This document shows positions 7,107-16,864 of a stretch of DNA of 39,628 nt, one piece after another. Position 1 is the stretch's first letter. Each line of letters opens with the position of its first letter. This DNA comes from a virus. The DNA lies in IMG/VR virus record IMGVR_UViG_3300045988_039580. One strand, given 5' to 3'. Position numbers and translations under genes: made by a program. The notes beneath the pieces are model-generated. The model was not told the DNA's origin. It did no database searches and saw only the letters and a list, made by a program, of their open reading frames with translations.

Positions 7107-8158
7107 GAGCCCCCTCCTTTCATTTTTGTTGCGCTTTCTTGAACCTCTACAAGTTCTAGTTCAAGAGTGACCTGCGTCTGCAGATTGCTTTCCTCTACAA
7201 ACTTAAGGCCTGTTATTCTTGCAAACGTAAATAAATTGAATTTAAAACTTAGACACGGTATCACGTCTCCTAGGTCAAAGTCCTTTTGTAGGACTGCCTT
7301 TTTGTCGTCTGCGTCAATTTCAAATTCAAATTTAGAAGAGCCCTTTCTTGTCTCTGCTAGCTTACTAAGGCCCCTCTCTTTTAGCATGTTGTTATATTCC
7401 TCTTCCGTGTAGGTTTGTTCGTTGCCTGATGCATCACTATAGGTGGACTGTAAATCTCTGGCATCCACATATAGCTCCATCCTTGGCTCGTCTTTTGTTC
7501 GAAGATCTACGATAACACTTTTTCGTCCTGATCCAGATTCTTCCCCATACACGTAAGCATAGTTTTTATACTCTGATATATCCTCGATAAAAGTTTGCGA
7601 GATTAGGTTTCCAAGTCTGTCTGAAAACCTCAGCTTGTTCTTTGTTGATCCCGTATAAATTTCGAAGTAATTCAGTGTTGTCCCTTTTAGAACTTCTCTA
7701 TAGCCGTAACCTATTAGTTGGCAGTATTTCTGGGCCATAGTCCTGAGCGTGTCGTATGTTGTGTCGGATGCGTTCTCAAGCTTTCCAGGAAGACTTGTAT
7801 TCTCTCCGATTACGATATCCAATCCGCGCTTGTTCTTTTCAAAACTACCGAGCAGCGATTGTTCCACATTTCGAACGGTCAAAGTATAGAGGTTTATACG
7901 GTCCTCCAAATTGTCCATGTGTCCAAGGACTACAATTTCTTTTGCGAGTCTTTCTACGGATTCTATAAAAAGAATCTCATTTCTTTCCTTGCAAACGACC
8001 CGGTTCCATTTCTGTAAATACTTTGTATTGAAGTCCGTATATTCCACATGAATCTCGGCTTTTCCTGTTTCGTAATATTTTGGGTTCCATTGCACGCTGG
8101 TTATGTTCTGGAGCGGTCCTTGTCGTTTTCCTTCTCTGTCATAAACATAATAGTGCAT
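7103..8158 (-). CDS. Tail-associated (Tal-like / siphovirus Gp37-like) baseplate hub protein
   Basis: 351 aa, immediately after Dit. N-terminus MHYYVYDREGKRQGPLQNITSVQWNPKYYETGKAEIHV fits the Gp37-like family as I recall it. Confidence 0.6.
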   Translation of the reverse strand: MHYYVYDREGKRQGPLQNITSVQWNPKYYETGKAEIHVEYTDFNTKYLQKWNRVVCKERNEILFIESVERLAKEIVVLGHMDNLEDRINLYTLTVRNVEQSLLGSFEKNKRGLDIVIGENTSLPGKLENASDTTYDTLRTMAQKYCQLIGYGYREVLKGTTLNYFEIYTGSTKNKLRFSDRLGNLISQTFIEDISEYKNYAYVYGEESGSGRKSVIVDLRTKDEPRMELYVDARDLQSTYSDASGNEQTYTEEEYNNMLKERGLSKLAETRKGSSKFEFEIDADDKKAVLQKDFDLGDVIPCLSFKFNLFTFARITGLKFVEESNLQTQVTLELELVEVQESATKMKGGGS

Positions 8159-8160
8159 AC

Positions 8161-9033
8161 TTATACCCCCGCCAGTACTTCTTCAAATTGTAGAATCGCA
8201 TCCAGGCTTCCTGGGTTTTCCTCTGCTGTATAGTTCAGTATGTTTTCTCCGGGCTGAATCTGGAAAAACTCGGAATCATAATCGGTCATCCAGAAAATGT
8301 TTTCCACTTCTCCGTTTCGTATCAAGTGGCAGTATTGCTCGTTTGCAAAAGTACTTATTTCTAGCACGTCCCCTGTATTCATCTCGAGGTCTGCTACTTG
8401 CCCGAAGGATATGTGTTCTTGAGTGAACACGTTCAAAATTTTCGGGTTTTTCACTTTTGCCTCTGCTTTCATAGTCAAAAGAAAACCAGTATTTATACTG
8501 CCATTGTAATCGACTGTTACTAGTGGCATTGTGATCCTCTCTGATATTTTCCAGGGTTCCGTATTTGAAAAAGAGCGAGGAAATTTAAAGAGTGACCTCA
8601 ATCTCTGGAAGGCCACCTTTGTTTCCTTTGCACGTCTTGCATATGGGAATGGAGCCCTCAATACAATCTGAAATTTTTGCCAGGTTTCGTTGAGCGTAAT
8701 AATCGGAGTCGTCTTAGGTTCGACTTTCCAGTAAACGTCAATCCCAGCTCGTGTATTGATGTATCTCAGGTTTGCTGATACTCCAGGAAGGATTACAGCT
8801 AAAAGTTTTTTTCTTGTGTCTGCGTTGTATTTAAAGCGCCCCTCTAGGGTGATGTCCTTAGGCTCAATAGAAGCACCGGACACCGTTGTCCCTATTTGAT
8901 TAGAAACGCTTGATTCTGATAAGGTGATCTCGTTTTTAGAGATTCCGTCTAGTGTTGTTAGTCGGATGCCTGAGGCCTCGGAAAACTCAACTGATTTCCC
9001 TAGGCTGTTTGTATATATTACTGTTACGCCCAT
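8161..9033 (-). CDS. Distal tail protein (Dit)
   Basis: 290 aa, directly downstream of and overlapping the tape measure gene. Conserved siphovirus position. Confidence 0.7.
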   Translation of the reverse strand: MGVTVIYTNSLGKSVEFSEASGIRLTTLDGISKNEITLSESSVSNQIGTTVSGASIEPKDITLEGRFKYNADTRKKLLAVILPGVSANLRYINTRAGIDVYWKVEPKTTPIITLNETWQKFQIVLRAPFPYARRAKETKVAFQRLRSLFKFPRSFSNTEPWKISERITMPLVTVDYNGSINTGFLLTMKAEAKVKNPKILNVFTQEHISFGQVADLEMNTGDVLEISTFANEQYCHLIRNGEVENIFWMTDYDSEFFQIQPGENILNYTAEENPGSLDAILQFEEVLAGV

Positions 9034-11384
9034 GCTAACCTCCTAACCATTCTTTCTGTTTCTTGCGCGATTTCGCTAGGCCTTAGCTCCTTCGCTGAAT
9101 TTATTGTCTGATCTACTTGATAGACGACTGTGCTGCCTAAGCCGCTTCCTAGGCCTCCAGGATTGCCTTCTAAGGCCAATCTTGAAGTTAGGCTGTCCAT
9201 GCTAGCTGCGTCTATTAATTCGTTCGACATGCGTCCCATAAAGGCCTTAGCTTTTGGCATAGCTTGTTCTACGCCCAGAGTGATTCCGGCTGGAATCCAT
9301 TTACCAATACGATCCGCAAATAATCTTGAAGGCGAGCCGATTCCTAGAGCACTCTTTACCCCGTCAATAAGGCTCTTAGCCATGTTGCCAAGCCAACCCG
9401 TCAACGAACTCCAGGCTCCGCTGATTCCGCTCTTGATCCCGTTTACGATTTCAGATCCAATCGAAATCATTTCCCCTGGTATCTGTCCGATCTTGTTTAC
9501 TATTTCGCTGAAGAAATTCTGTCCAGCCTGTATTGCTTGTTGTACAAATTGACTTGCAAAGTTAGCAGCATTACTGATCGTATTTGATAGCCAACTCCAT
9601 ACTTTGCTAGGTAGCTGCTGAATGAAGTTGATTGCGCTTGATACAAATTCGCTTCCTGCCTGAATCGCTTTTTGTACCATTTCAGATGCCCAGGAGGCAA
9701 CGTTAGAAACCACTTCTGTTAAAAATGTTGTTATTTTTCCGGGAATCTCAGAAACAGTATTTATAAAGTTGTTAAATCCCTCAGGAACCGTTACTGTAAA
9801 AAAGTTCACGATCCCATCTACAATTTGGCCTGTTGTCTCCTTTATGTTGTTCCATAGATTGATCCAGAATTCTCTGAAGCTGTCGCTCGTGTTCCATAGG
9901 TAAATGAACGCCGCGGCCAAGGCTCCGATAGCTACGACCACTAATGTGATAGGGCCACCGATTACTCCAAGAGCTGCGCTTAGCCCTGAAAGGCCTCCGC
10001 CGGCTAGTGTAAAGGATTCGGCCATACTCGCAAATACGCCCGTTCCTGATGATGCAGCATAAGCTAGTCCATCAAGCAATCCAGAACCTTTTGATACTAG
10101 ACTTCCGAATGTCTTGATCTTCTTTCCTGCATCACCGATTGTTTTCGCTATGTCGCTAACTGCCTTGATTCCTTTCCAGGCTGCAAAAGCTCCGGCTACA
10201 GCGGCAATCAAAGGCATAAGTCCTTGAATCGTATCTGCTACAGTTTGTACTTTGTCTATAATATCTGGAAGCTTTTCGATAAAGGCTGCGACGAATTCTC
10301 CTACTTTTTCTACAAGGATTGGCAGAATGTCTCTGATTCTTTCCAAAGCGCTTTTTACAAAATCTAGAGAATCGCTGGAATCTAGCTTTTGTGCGATTGT
10401 ATCTCGTACGCTGTTCCAGGCTTCTTGAATTTTTTCTGTTGCTGCTTTTATAGCTTCCGCGGTTGGTGCAAAGAATTCTTTTAGTGCATTCAGCACTTTC
10501 GGTATTTCTTCCGCAATCCAGTTTAATCCGTTTTTGATTACGGACCCGAAGTTCGCAATCATTTCTTGAATTGTGGGTAAGCTGTTATCAGCTAAAAAGT
10601 CATTGAAGGACGTGATTATGTTAGCGATACCGATTGCGATACGTGCCGACATATTCGTGAAGCTTGTTGCAAAGCTTCCGGCCATCTCCTTGGCTTTTCC
10701 TGCTACTGCTGGGAATGATTCCGTTCCGTTCTCTAAGGCATCCATCAGTACGTCATTAAATTCCTGCGCACTAATCTGGCCCTTGGAGAAGGCGTCGGAT
10801 ACTTCGGCCATACTTTTCCCCGTTTTCTCTGAAAAGATTTTTAAAACGGGGATTCCGGCGTCTGTTAATCGTTGCCACTGATCGGCTGAAATTTTTCCAG
10901 ATGCGTTCATCTTTGCGATTGCGTCTATCGTATTGGCCATGGTTTCGTTGGTTCCATCTCCGTAAAAAGAAACGGCGTCCATCATGTCTTTTACCATTCG
11001 AGTAGACTTATCTAATCCCAGTCCTGATGTAGCCAGTTTTTGTGTTGAAGTGGCGGCTGTGTCTAATCCATACGCAGTATCCGTTACAGCGTCACTTAAG
11101 TTATTTACAACCTTTGTAGCTTTTTCGCTGCTTCCTGCTAAAACACCAATTACTTGTTTAGCCTTTTGCATGGCATCTAATCGGGCGGTTGCTTTCCCGA
11201 TTGATCCAGATATTAAATCCCAGCCTTTGCTGGCTGCTTTGAATACAGTTGCGCCCACGAAGGTTGACTTCACTTTGTCCGCGAAGCTTTCCGCGCTTTT
11301 ATGCGCTCCGCTAAGGCCGCTTTTGTATTCGCTGTCATCTAGTCCTAATTTGACCTTGATTGTTCCATCAGCTCCTGATGCCAT
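9024..11384 (-). CDS. Tail tape measure protein
   Basis: 786 aa, Ala/Gly/Ser-rich helical protein with a hydrophobic central stretch. Canonical position. Confidence 0.9.
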   Translation of the reverse strand: MASGADGTIKVKLGLDDSEYKSGLSGAHKSAESFADKVKSTFVGATVFKAASKGWDLISGSIGKATARLDAMQKAKQVIGVLAGSSEKATKVVNNLSDAVTDTAYGLDTAATSTQKLATSGLGLDKSTRMVKDMMDAVSFYGDGTNETMANTIDAIAKMNASGKISADQWQRLTDAGIPVLKIFSEKTGKSMAEVSDAFSKGQISAQEFNDVLMDALENGTESFPAVAGKAKEMAGSFATSFTNMSARIAIGIANIITSFNDFLADNSLPTIQEMIANFGSVIKNGLNWIAEEIPKVLNALKEFFAPTAEAIKAATEKIQEAWNSVRDTIAQKLDSSDSLDFVKSALERIRDILPILVEKVGEFVAAFIEKLPDIIDKVQTVADTIQGLMPLIAAVAGAFAAWKGIKAVSDIAKTIGDAGKKIKTFGSLVSKGSGLLDGLAYAASSGTGVFASMAESFTLAGGGLSGLSAALGVIGGPITLVVVAIGALAAAFIYLWNTSDSFREFWINLWNNIKETTGQIVDGIVNFFTVTVPEGFNNFINTVSEIPGKITTFLTEVVSNVASWASEMVQKAIQAGSEFVSSAINFIQQLPSKVWSWLSNTISNAANFASQFVQQAIQAGQNFFSEIVNKIGQIPGEMISIGSEIVNGIKSGISGAWSSLTGWLGNMAKSLIDGVKSALGIGSPSRLFADRIGKWIPAGITLGVEQAMPKAKAFMGRMSNELIDAASMDSLTSRLALEGNPGGLGSGLGSTVVYQVDQTINSAKELRPSEIAQETERMVRRLAWA

Positions 11385-11396
11385 TTCCTCAACCTC

Positions 11397-11984
11397 CTAG
11401 GTTTCTAATCTGGCCAGAAGTTCTGCTTCTATTTCTTGCGGTGTTCTTTCCTTTTCCAGTCCTTCTTCCTCTGGTAGACGGTAATATCTTTCCAGACGCT
11501 GCGCGTGAGTTTTCTCCTCTCCTTTAAGGCTTGAAGTGTCTCTGGTTCGGTATCCGATAACGCGTACAATCATGGTATCGTCGTTTAGTGCATTAAAAAG
11601 TGCCTTAAATTCAAACCAATGAAGTTTTGCGTCTAAAAGATTTATATTGTACTGCTGCCTAAATGCTGCATATATAAGGTCCATATCGTATTCGAACCGA
11701 TAGCCTTGTCGTCCGTTTGTCTTGGCATAGGACTCTCTAGGCTTCTTGTCGCAAAAATAAAAGCCCATTACCGCTTTCCATAGGTCTTTCTGATCGCCTT
11801 TAAAAGCGAACGGGTTGATTCCTATTAGATCACAAATAACGGGCAGCTTCAGTCCCTCTGGTATTGCGTTATCTTGTATAACGCTGTCAACTCGGACCCA
11901 GGTTCTAAAGTCTGCAAAGATAGGGAGAATCGTTCCGTTAGCGTCTATGCTTTCCGGAAGATCTTCTCTCTTTAGCCACAGCAT
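11397..11984 (-). CDS. Gp15-like tail assembly protein
   Basis: Start refined to the ATG at 11984, preceded by GGAGGA, giving 195 aa. Position is just before the tape measure gene. Confidence 0.6.
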   Translation of the reverse strand: MLWLKREDLPESIDANGTILPIFADFRTWVRVDSVIQDNAIPEGLKLPVICDLIGINPFAFKGDQKDLWKAVMGFYFCDKKPRESYAKTNGRQGYRFEYDMDLIYAAFRQQYNINLLDAKLHWFEFKALFNALNDDTMIVRVIGYRTRDTSSLKGEEKTHAQRLERYYRLPEEEGLEKERTPQEIEAELLARLET

Positions 11985-12399
11985 TTCTTCCTCCATATCG
12001 TTTGTCTGCGTATTCTAATGTCCTGTTAAATTTGTCCATAGACTCGCAAAGTTTGTCGATTTTGTCCAGATTCTTCTTTTCTTCTTCAGCGACTTTTGCC
12101 TGCTGATCCTTTAAAAACTCATCCTGGAAGATGCTGTGCAATGTGAAGCAAAGCTCAAATTGTGCCGAGCTTTCTTCGTACCCTCTGAATAGCGTTTCAA
12201 AGGCTCCGTCTCCTAGAATTTTATTAATCAAAGTAGGACAGCCCTCTAAGGATTCTTTTCCGAATTTGCTTTGAGAATTCTGTTCTGTTGCCCAGTTTTC
12301 TAAGGCTTCAATTTTAGAAGTGTCCTTTACATCGACTAAGAATCTGTGTCCGTCAATGTCGATTTCTTTTAATAGCTGCTTTTGTAACTTTAGTTCCAT
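11938..12399 (-). CDS. Tail assembly chaperone candidate
   Basis: 153 aa acidic protein between the tail tube and tape measure region. Confidence 0.55.
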   Translation of the reverse strand: MELKLQKQLLKEIDIDGHRFLVDVKDTSKIEALENWATEQNSQSKFGKESLEGCPTLINKILGDGAFETLFRGYEESSAQFELCFTLHSIFQDEFLKDQQAKVAEEEKKNLDKIDKLCESMDKFNRTLEYADKRYGGRNAVAKERRSSGKHRR

Positions 12400-12426
12400 G
12401 ATGTCCTCCTTATGTTTTTATGTGCT

Positions 12427-12939
12427 TTACTCTGTGGCGCTGTCTGCGGTAAATGTTTTCGTTTTAATATTGAATGTTCCCTTGATCTGATCGCCTTGTT
12501 GTGCGAATGTTCCAGAGCATGTTAACTTAGCTCCGGCCTCTCCACTTCCTGGGTTGTCTGGTTGCACTTCGTAGATTCTTTTATATGCTACAAAGTCTCC
12601 GGACTTAGCTGTTTTCTCGTTCCATGTTTCTACTTCGATTTCTTCAAAAGTAGAGCCGACTTTCTGTTCTTTACCTTGTAAGTATAGCCAATAGTTAAAG
12701 GCATCCCCTGGATATGCTCGGCCTTCGTAAGATACTGTAGGCGCGTAACCTGTAACCTGGCTTTGACTGCCTGCTTCTCCGATATATTGCACGCCATCAT
12801 CCGTTGTAGCGTTCAAAGCTTGTTCCCAGTTCGTCAAACCCTTGTTAGCTAGAACGTAGCTTTCTGAGCCTGTGAATTTCACGTAGTGTAGATTCTCTTC
12901 GACTTTGATCTCTCTTTTAGGTAGTTCTGCTGCTGCCAT
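12427..12939 (-). CDS. Major tail (tube) protein
   Basis: 170 aa. Lies after the head-tail joining genes and before the chaperone. Confidence 0.7.
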   Translation of the reverse strand: MAAAELPKREIKVEENLHYVKFTGSESYVLANKGLTNWEQALNATTDDGVQYIGEAGSQSQVTGYAPTVSYEGRAYPGDAFNYWLYLQGKEQKVGSTFEEIEVETWNEKTAKSGDFVAYKRIYEVQPDNPGSGEAGAKLTCSGTFAQQGDQIKGTFNIKTKTFTADSATE

Positions 12940-13403
12940 TATTCAAACCTTCCTTTCTTTTCGTAGGTTAATGTCATAGAGCAATAGAAAGTTGAAAGCG
13001 TGGCCTCTTCTCCCGTGTAGTCTGAAGGTAGCGTTGTGAGCGTGACCTCTTGCGGTGTCGCTTCGTCCAATGCTAGATTTGGGAAGCCTTGCGCCTCTTC
13101 TTCCGCGAGTGCCTGTACTAGTGCATACAGGATTCTGGATAAGTCCAGACGTGCTTTCGTGTCCTTTCTGCTTGCTTGAATATAAATTTCAAAAGGGTAT
13201 GTAGCTCTATAGCCACCACCCAGATAGTGTTCTATTTCTTCCGTGTAGCCACTACTTTTGAAAAGTAAAGCGGTGTGCTTGGAGTCATTGAAATACTCCA
13301 AGCACCACGGTATGTTGTTTATATTGATTGAAGAAAAGAAACTATATAATCCGTCTTCAATCTGTTTTACGTCTTCCAGCTTTATGATCTTCTTTTCACT
13401 CAT
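12939..13403 (-). CDS. Head-tail joining / tail terminator-like protein
   Basis: 154 aa. Synteny, and coupled starts and stops. Confidence 0.55.
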   Translation of the reverse strand: MSEKKIIKLEDVKQIEDGLYSFFSSININNIPWCLEYFNDSKHTALLFKSSGYTEEIEHYLGGGYRATYPFEIYIQASRKDTKARLDLSRILYALVQALAEEEAQGFPNLALDEATPQEVTLTTLPSDYTGEEATLSTFYCSMTLTYEKKGRFE

Positions 13404-13819
13404 CTGAATTCCTCCTTGAAAAACTTTTTCGCGCCTTCCATCCAGGCGTTCTTTCGTGCTTTCAGTGTCTTAGGCCACCACTCAGAGCCTCCTTGTCTAT
13501 AGCTCAAATTTCGAGCTGTATATACTTTTGTTTCTCCGTGTTTAGCCCATGGACTGTGGCTATGGGTTCCGACCATCACTCTTCCTGTATGTTGGAAGTG
13601 TGCGTATGGCGTATCCCATATGATCCAGTCGTTATCCTGTGCCGCCCATCTTAAAGCTGAGGTTCTCAGCGTTCCTTTTCCGATAGGCACGTTTTTGTTC
13701 GTGTCTTGAACGATAAGCTGCTTCAGCTTCAATCTAGATCGGCGGAGCGCTTTGGTTCCTCTGGCCTGTATCTGTGCCACCGGGATGTCAATTATAACTT
13801 TTAGATGATACTCACTCAC
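13400..13819 (-). CDS. Head-tail joining protein (minor capsid protein-like)
   Basis: 139 aa. Synteny. ATGA-type overlap. Confidence 0.55.
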   Translation of the reverse strand: MSEYHLKVIIDIPVAQIQARGTKALRRSRLKLKQLIVQDTNKNVPIGKGTLRTSALRWAAQDNDWIIWDTPYAHFQHTGRVMVGTHSHSPWAKHGETKVYTARNLSYRQGGSEWWPKTLKARKNAWMEGAKKFFKEEFR

Positions 13820-14183
13820 ACGTTACCTCTATGAATTCTGGCGTATTTCTCAAGGGATTTAGAATATTCACATTTGTGATCTCGTAAATGTCGCCATGTG
13901 CTTCGATACGATCCCCGGTTCTAAGTGTGAATTGCTTTTCTGGCGTCTTAAATTCTAAAGGGGGAACTAGAACTTTGTCCGCCTGATAATCGTTCACGTC
14001 TATCGTGATGAGGATCGTATCGGAATTACTGGCGCCCGTCTGTCCATATGTCCGGGCCTTTGTTTTGGAAATCTTTACGTGTTGGACCGTTACTGTCGAC
14101 GTCGTTTCTTCCAGGTTTTCTTCGCCTAGAATGTTCATGACTTTTATTGTATGCGGCCTAAGCCATCTCGGGCTTTTTACCAT
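13812..14183 (-). CDS. Head closure / head-tail adaptor protein
   Basis: 123 aa. Synteny. Confidence 0.55.
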   Translation of the reverse strand: MVKSPRWLRPHTIKVMNILGEENLEETTSTVTVQHVKISKTKARTYGQTGASNSDTILITIDVNDYQADKVLVPPLEFKTPEKQFTLRTGDRIEAHGDIYEITNVNILNPLRNTPEFIEVTCE

Positions 14184-14572
14184 ATCGCCTGGCAGGCTAG
14201 TCCTGCTTTGAATAATTGGTAGTCGAGCTCTGATATTGCTAGGCTTGATAAGGGTATGTCATGGAACCTTATCGTTTTTGCATTATCTACGGAATACGAG
14301 AAGCCGCTTGTGGTTGCGCCTGTGAAGTTCATATCACTAGAACCTACAAAGCAATCCATGCCGCCATGTGCTTCTATGAAGTCTATCTGGTATAGGATTA
14401 CTTTTCTAAGGTCCATGTTGTAGTCCTCCAAAGCCTGAACCTTCCAGTATGGAATTTTCTCTCGAATGTAGGATTCTAGAAGGCTTTCGGTTCTTGGCTC
14501 TATCTGCGCATACTCTACTTCATCCAGTAGTGTTCCACCTAAGGCTGTGTATTCCTCAAAGCTTAGGATCAT
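14177..14572 (-). CDS. Head-tail connector protein
   Basis: 131 aa, immediately after the major capsid gene. Confidence 0.6.
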   Translation of the reverse strand: MILSFEEYTALGGTLLDEVEYAQIEPRTESLLESYIREKIPYWKVQALEDYNMDLRKVILYQIDFIEAHGGMDCFVGSSDMNFTGATTSGFSYSVDNAKTIRFHDIPLSSLAISELDYQLFKAGLACQAIW

Positions 14573-14583
14573 GCTTTATCTCC

Positions 14584-15579
14584 TTATGCTGCTGCGACAG
14601 GAGCTACTTGTACATTACGGAATACACCGGCTTTTGTTGTGTCTTTTGAAACGATAGAAGCAATCATTTCTACTTCACCTTTTTTAACGGCCCCTGGTTC
14701 GCTTAAGTTTGGCATGTATTGGTGAATGATTTTTTGTCCTTGTGGACTTACTGCATGCACGGCATCCAATCCGAATTTTACAGCGTAAATGCTTGTTGTT
14801 CCTGTTGAGTCGTCGATAGGTACGCACATTACAGATTTAGTTCCGTTGTAGTATTCTCCCATGTCAACGATTGCGATTCCGTCATAGTTGTCTACACCTT
14901 GGCCGAAGCTGTTCTCTGATCTTGTGTAGTATCCTTGCATTTTAGCGATAGTTTTTAAAACAGTAGCTGTCTTGCGGTTTACTAATAAAGCGTCTGGTTT
15001 TACAGAGAAAGTTGATAGCCAAGAGTCCAATGCAAAAGTGAAGGCATCTGCGTTTTCCTTGATCTTTGCTGCTGTCGACAAATCAAAGGCTGCATCTGCG
15101 TTTTTCTCTTCTGTATTTGTTCCCTTTACTAATACATCCAAACCGTCAAAGCTTGTGTTATCTGTTGCAGCAGTTCCTTTGGCTGTTGACTTTCCGTTAA
15201 TGAAGTCATAGTGGAATTTGTTCTTTACTGCAATGATTTTCTGAGCTAACTGGAATGCGATTTCTGAGCTAGCTGCTGTATCTTCTAATACACGGTCTAC
15301 TTCGTAGGCTCCACCAAAGATTTTTAAGTTTGTAGTTTTCTGAGTCTTTACAGCTTCTCCTGCTGTGTATTCGCTATTCAATTTACGACCTTCAGCCACT
15401 GATGGTGTTTTTAATTGCAAATAGCCATAAGTTAATGTCGAGCCACCTGTTCCTGGTGATACTGCGTTATCGAAAGTTAAACGATCCAAAATAAAAGAGT
15501 CCCTGCGGAACTCGTCAATGACCTGCTGGTCTACGTGATCGGCTAAACCGACTTTTGATTGCTCTAATGTAATTGGCAT
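14584..15579 (-). CDS. Major capsid protein
   Basis: 331 aa, directly downstream of the scaffold gene. Size and position are typical. Confidence 0.85.
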   Translation of the reverse strand: MPITLEQSKVGLADHVDQQVIDEFRRDSFILDRLTFDNAVSPGTGGSTLTYGYLQLKTPSVAEGRKLNSEYTAGEAVKTQKTTNLKIFGGAYEVDRVLEDTAASSEIAFQLAQKIIAVKNKFHYDFINGKSTAKGTAATDNTSFDGLDVLVKGTNTEEKNADAAFDLSTAAKIKENADAFTFALDSWLSTFSVKPDALLVNRKTATVLKTIAKMQGYYTRSENSFGQGVDNYDGIAIVDMGEYYNGTKSVMCVPIDDSTGTTSIYAVKFGLDAVHAVSPQGQKIIHQYMPNLSEPGAVKKGEVEMIASIVSKDTTKAGVFRNVQVAPVAAA

Positions 15580-15592
15580 CTTTTAGTTCCTC

Positions 15593-16156
15593 CTATTTTT
15601 TATAGTATTCTGAAATTGCGCCGGCTAGAGTTGTTGGTGCCTCTGGTTTCGGACTTCCTCCGTGATCTCCATCAAGTTTTACATCGTCACCTTTTGGCTT
15701 TGTTGTTGGCTCTGCCGCCTTAAATAAGAAGCTGTCCTCTTTCTTGATAGCTTCGATTTGTTCGTCAAGTCCTGTCAATTTTCCATCCTTATCAAACTTG
15801 ATCTTGTCTTTATCTAGTAACCCCATTAAGGCCTTTTCGGATAGGGTTCCCGATTTCGCGATAGCTAAACGAATTGCGCTGTCGCGTTTTGTTTCTTCCA
15901 AGTCATGATCGTATTTTGTTTTCCAGTCGTTGACGTCTTTTTGTAGTTGTTTTACGTCTACTCCGTCAAAATCCTTGACGCTTTGTGTAAGCTCTTGAAT
16001 GCGCGTTTCTTTGGCTTGCATGTCGCTCTCGTATTTTGCTTTTGAAACGTATTCTCCTGAGGCAAGGTTTGCTAGTTTTACGGTTTTATTTCCTTCTAGC
16101 TTAGCTGCAACCTGTGCATACAATTCTTCCCCTAAGATTTCTTTTAAAAACTCCAT
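15593..16156 (-). CDS. Scaffolding protein (GP20-like)
   Basis: 187 aa, helical and charged. N-terminus MEFLKEILGEELYAQVAAKLEGNKTVKLANLASGEYVSKAKYE matches Firmicutes phage scaffold proteins. Confidence 0.8.
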   Translation of the reverse strand: MEFLKEILGEELYAQVAAKLEGNKTVKLANLASGEYVSKAKYESDMQAKETRIQELTQSVKDFDGVDVKQLQKDVNDWKTKYDHDLEETKRDSAIRLAIAKSGTLSEKALMGLLDKDKIKFDKDGKLTGLDEQIEAIKKEDSFLFKAAEPTTKPKGDDVKLDGDHGGSPKPEAPTTLAGAISEYYKK

Positions 16157-16168
16157 TTTTGTCCTCCT

Positions 16169-16249
16169 GCGTTTTTTATATCTGGTTCACTCCAGTATCG
16201 AGTCCGGCCTTTTATATCCCGTACCGAGGGGTATTCAAGCCTTTTATAT
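16169..16249. repeat. Three spaced copies of GC(C/G)TTTT(TT)ATAT: 16169..16181 degenerate, 16207..16217 and 16239..16249 exact
   Basis: Read directly in the 161-bp gap upstream of the scaffold gene. Confidence 0.7.
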
Positions 16250-16261
16250 GCCGTGCTTAGG

Positions 16262-16295
16262 GCATAATAAAAACCGCGCCATTTCTAGCACGGTT
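16262..16295 (-). terminator. Intrinsic terminator after the YjcQ-like gene
   Basis: Minus RNA AACCGUGC-UAGAAAUG-GCGCGGUU (one mismatch) followed by UUUAUUAU. Confidence 0.55.
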
Positions 16296-16317
16296 CTTGT
16301 CCTTATTTAGTTGTGTT

Positions 16318-16638
16318 CTATAATACTTCCGCAATTCCTTTTGCAAGTTTTGCGGCTTTCTGCATCAAGCTGTTTTCTTCTAGGTATTCTAGTCCCTTAA
16401 GGGTTATCCTGATACCCTCTAGCCCTTCAATGTTTGGTGTTTGGTCTCCTATGTATTGGATCACCTGGAAGCCCTCAACGTATCCATTTTTCAGTAGCAT
16501 GCCTAGAAGTGCTTTTCTCTTTGGTTCTGTGATGTCTAGGTTATCCGCTGAAAGTCTTCGGATGTCTACGACCTCATAGTCCATTGATTTCTGCAGAATT
16601 GATAGAATTTTGTATATCGTTCTGAAATCTTCTGACAT
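16318..16638 (-). CDS. YjcQ-family protein (winged-helix-like)
   Basis: 106 aa. ...LLKNGYVEGF...ITLKGLEYLEENSLMQKAAKLAKGI matches my recollection of the YjcQ family. Confidence 0.65.
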   Translation of the reverse strand: MSEDFRTIYKILSILQKSMDYEVVDIRRLSADNLDITEPKRKALLGMLLKNGYVEGFQVIQYIGDQTPNIEGLEGIRITLKGLEYLEENSLMQKAAKLAKGIAEVL

Positions 16639-16648
16639 GTTCTGCCTC

Positions 16649-16864
16649 CTAATCCAGTTTGATTATTTCCTTTACTTTTGACAAAGGTTCAAGGATGCAC
16701 CCTCCGTCTTTTGTATATATCTCTATTTCGTCTACGTCGTTAAAGCTGTCAACGTCTGAAATAAAAACCGAGCATCCTTCTACAATGTCTCCGTCGTTAA
16801 ATATCACACGGGATTTTTCAAGGCTCCAGGCTTTCATGAATTCATCTTTGGTCAGTGTTTTCAT
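16649..16864 (-). CDS. Small acidic protein, candidate immunity partner of the MuF C-terminal domain
   Basis: 71 aa. ATGA overlap with the MuF gene stop, indicating translational coupling. Confidence 0.5.
   Translation of the reverse strand: MKTLTKDEFMKAWSLEKSRVIFNDGDIVEGCSVFISDVDSFNDVDEIEIYTKDGGCILEPLSKVKEIIKLD

Noticed and set aside
9130-11400. Long plus-strand ORFs antisense to the tape measure gene (9130..9552, 10573..10881, 10984..11400). Similar antisense ORFs occur in terL (20356..20893), the methyltransferase (22290..22845), the primase (28132..28752) and polA (29618..30514)
   Set aside because: They lie entirely inside well-supported minus-strand genes, lack RBSs, and have low-complexity Ser/Leu/Pro-rich translations typical of the antisense frame of a coding sequence.
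11938-11996. Possible programmed ribosomal frameshift between the tail chaperone ORF and the Gp15-like ORF (59-nt overlap)
   Set aside because: The downstream frame is +1, not the usual -1. I see no slippery heptamer in the overlap. The downstream gene has its own GGAGGA RBS and ATG at 11984. A frameshift cannot be excluded without experiment.
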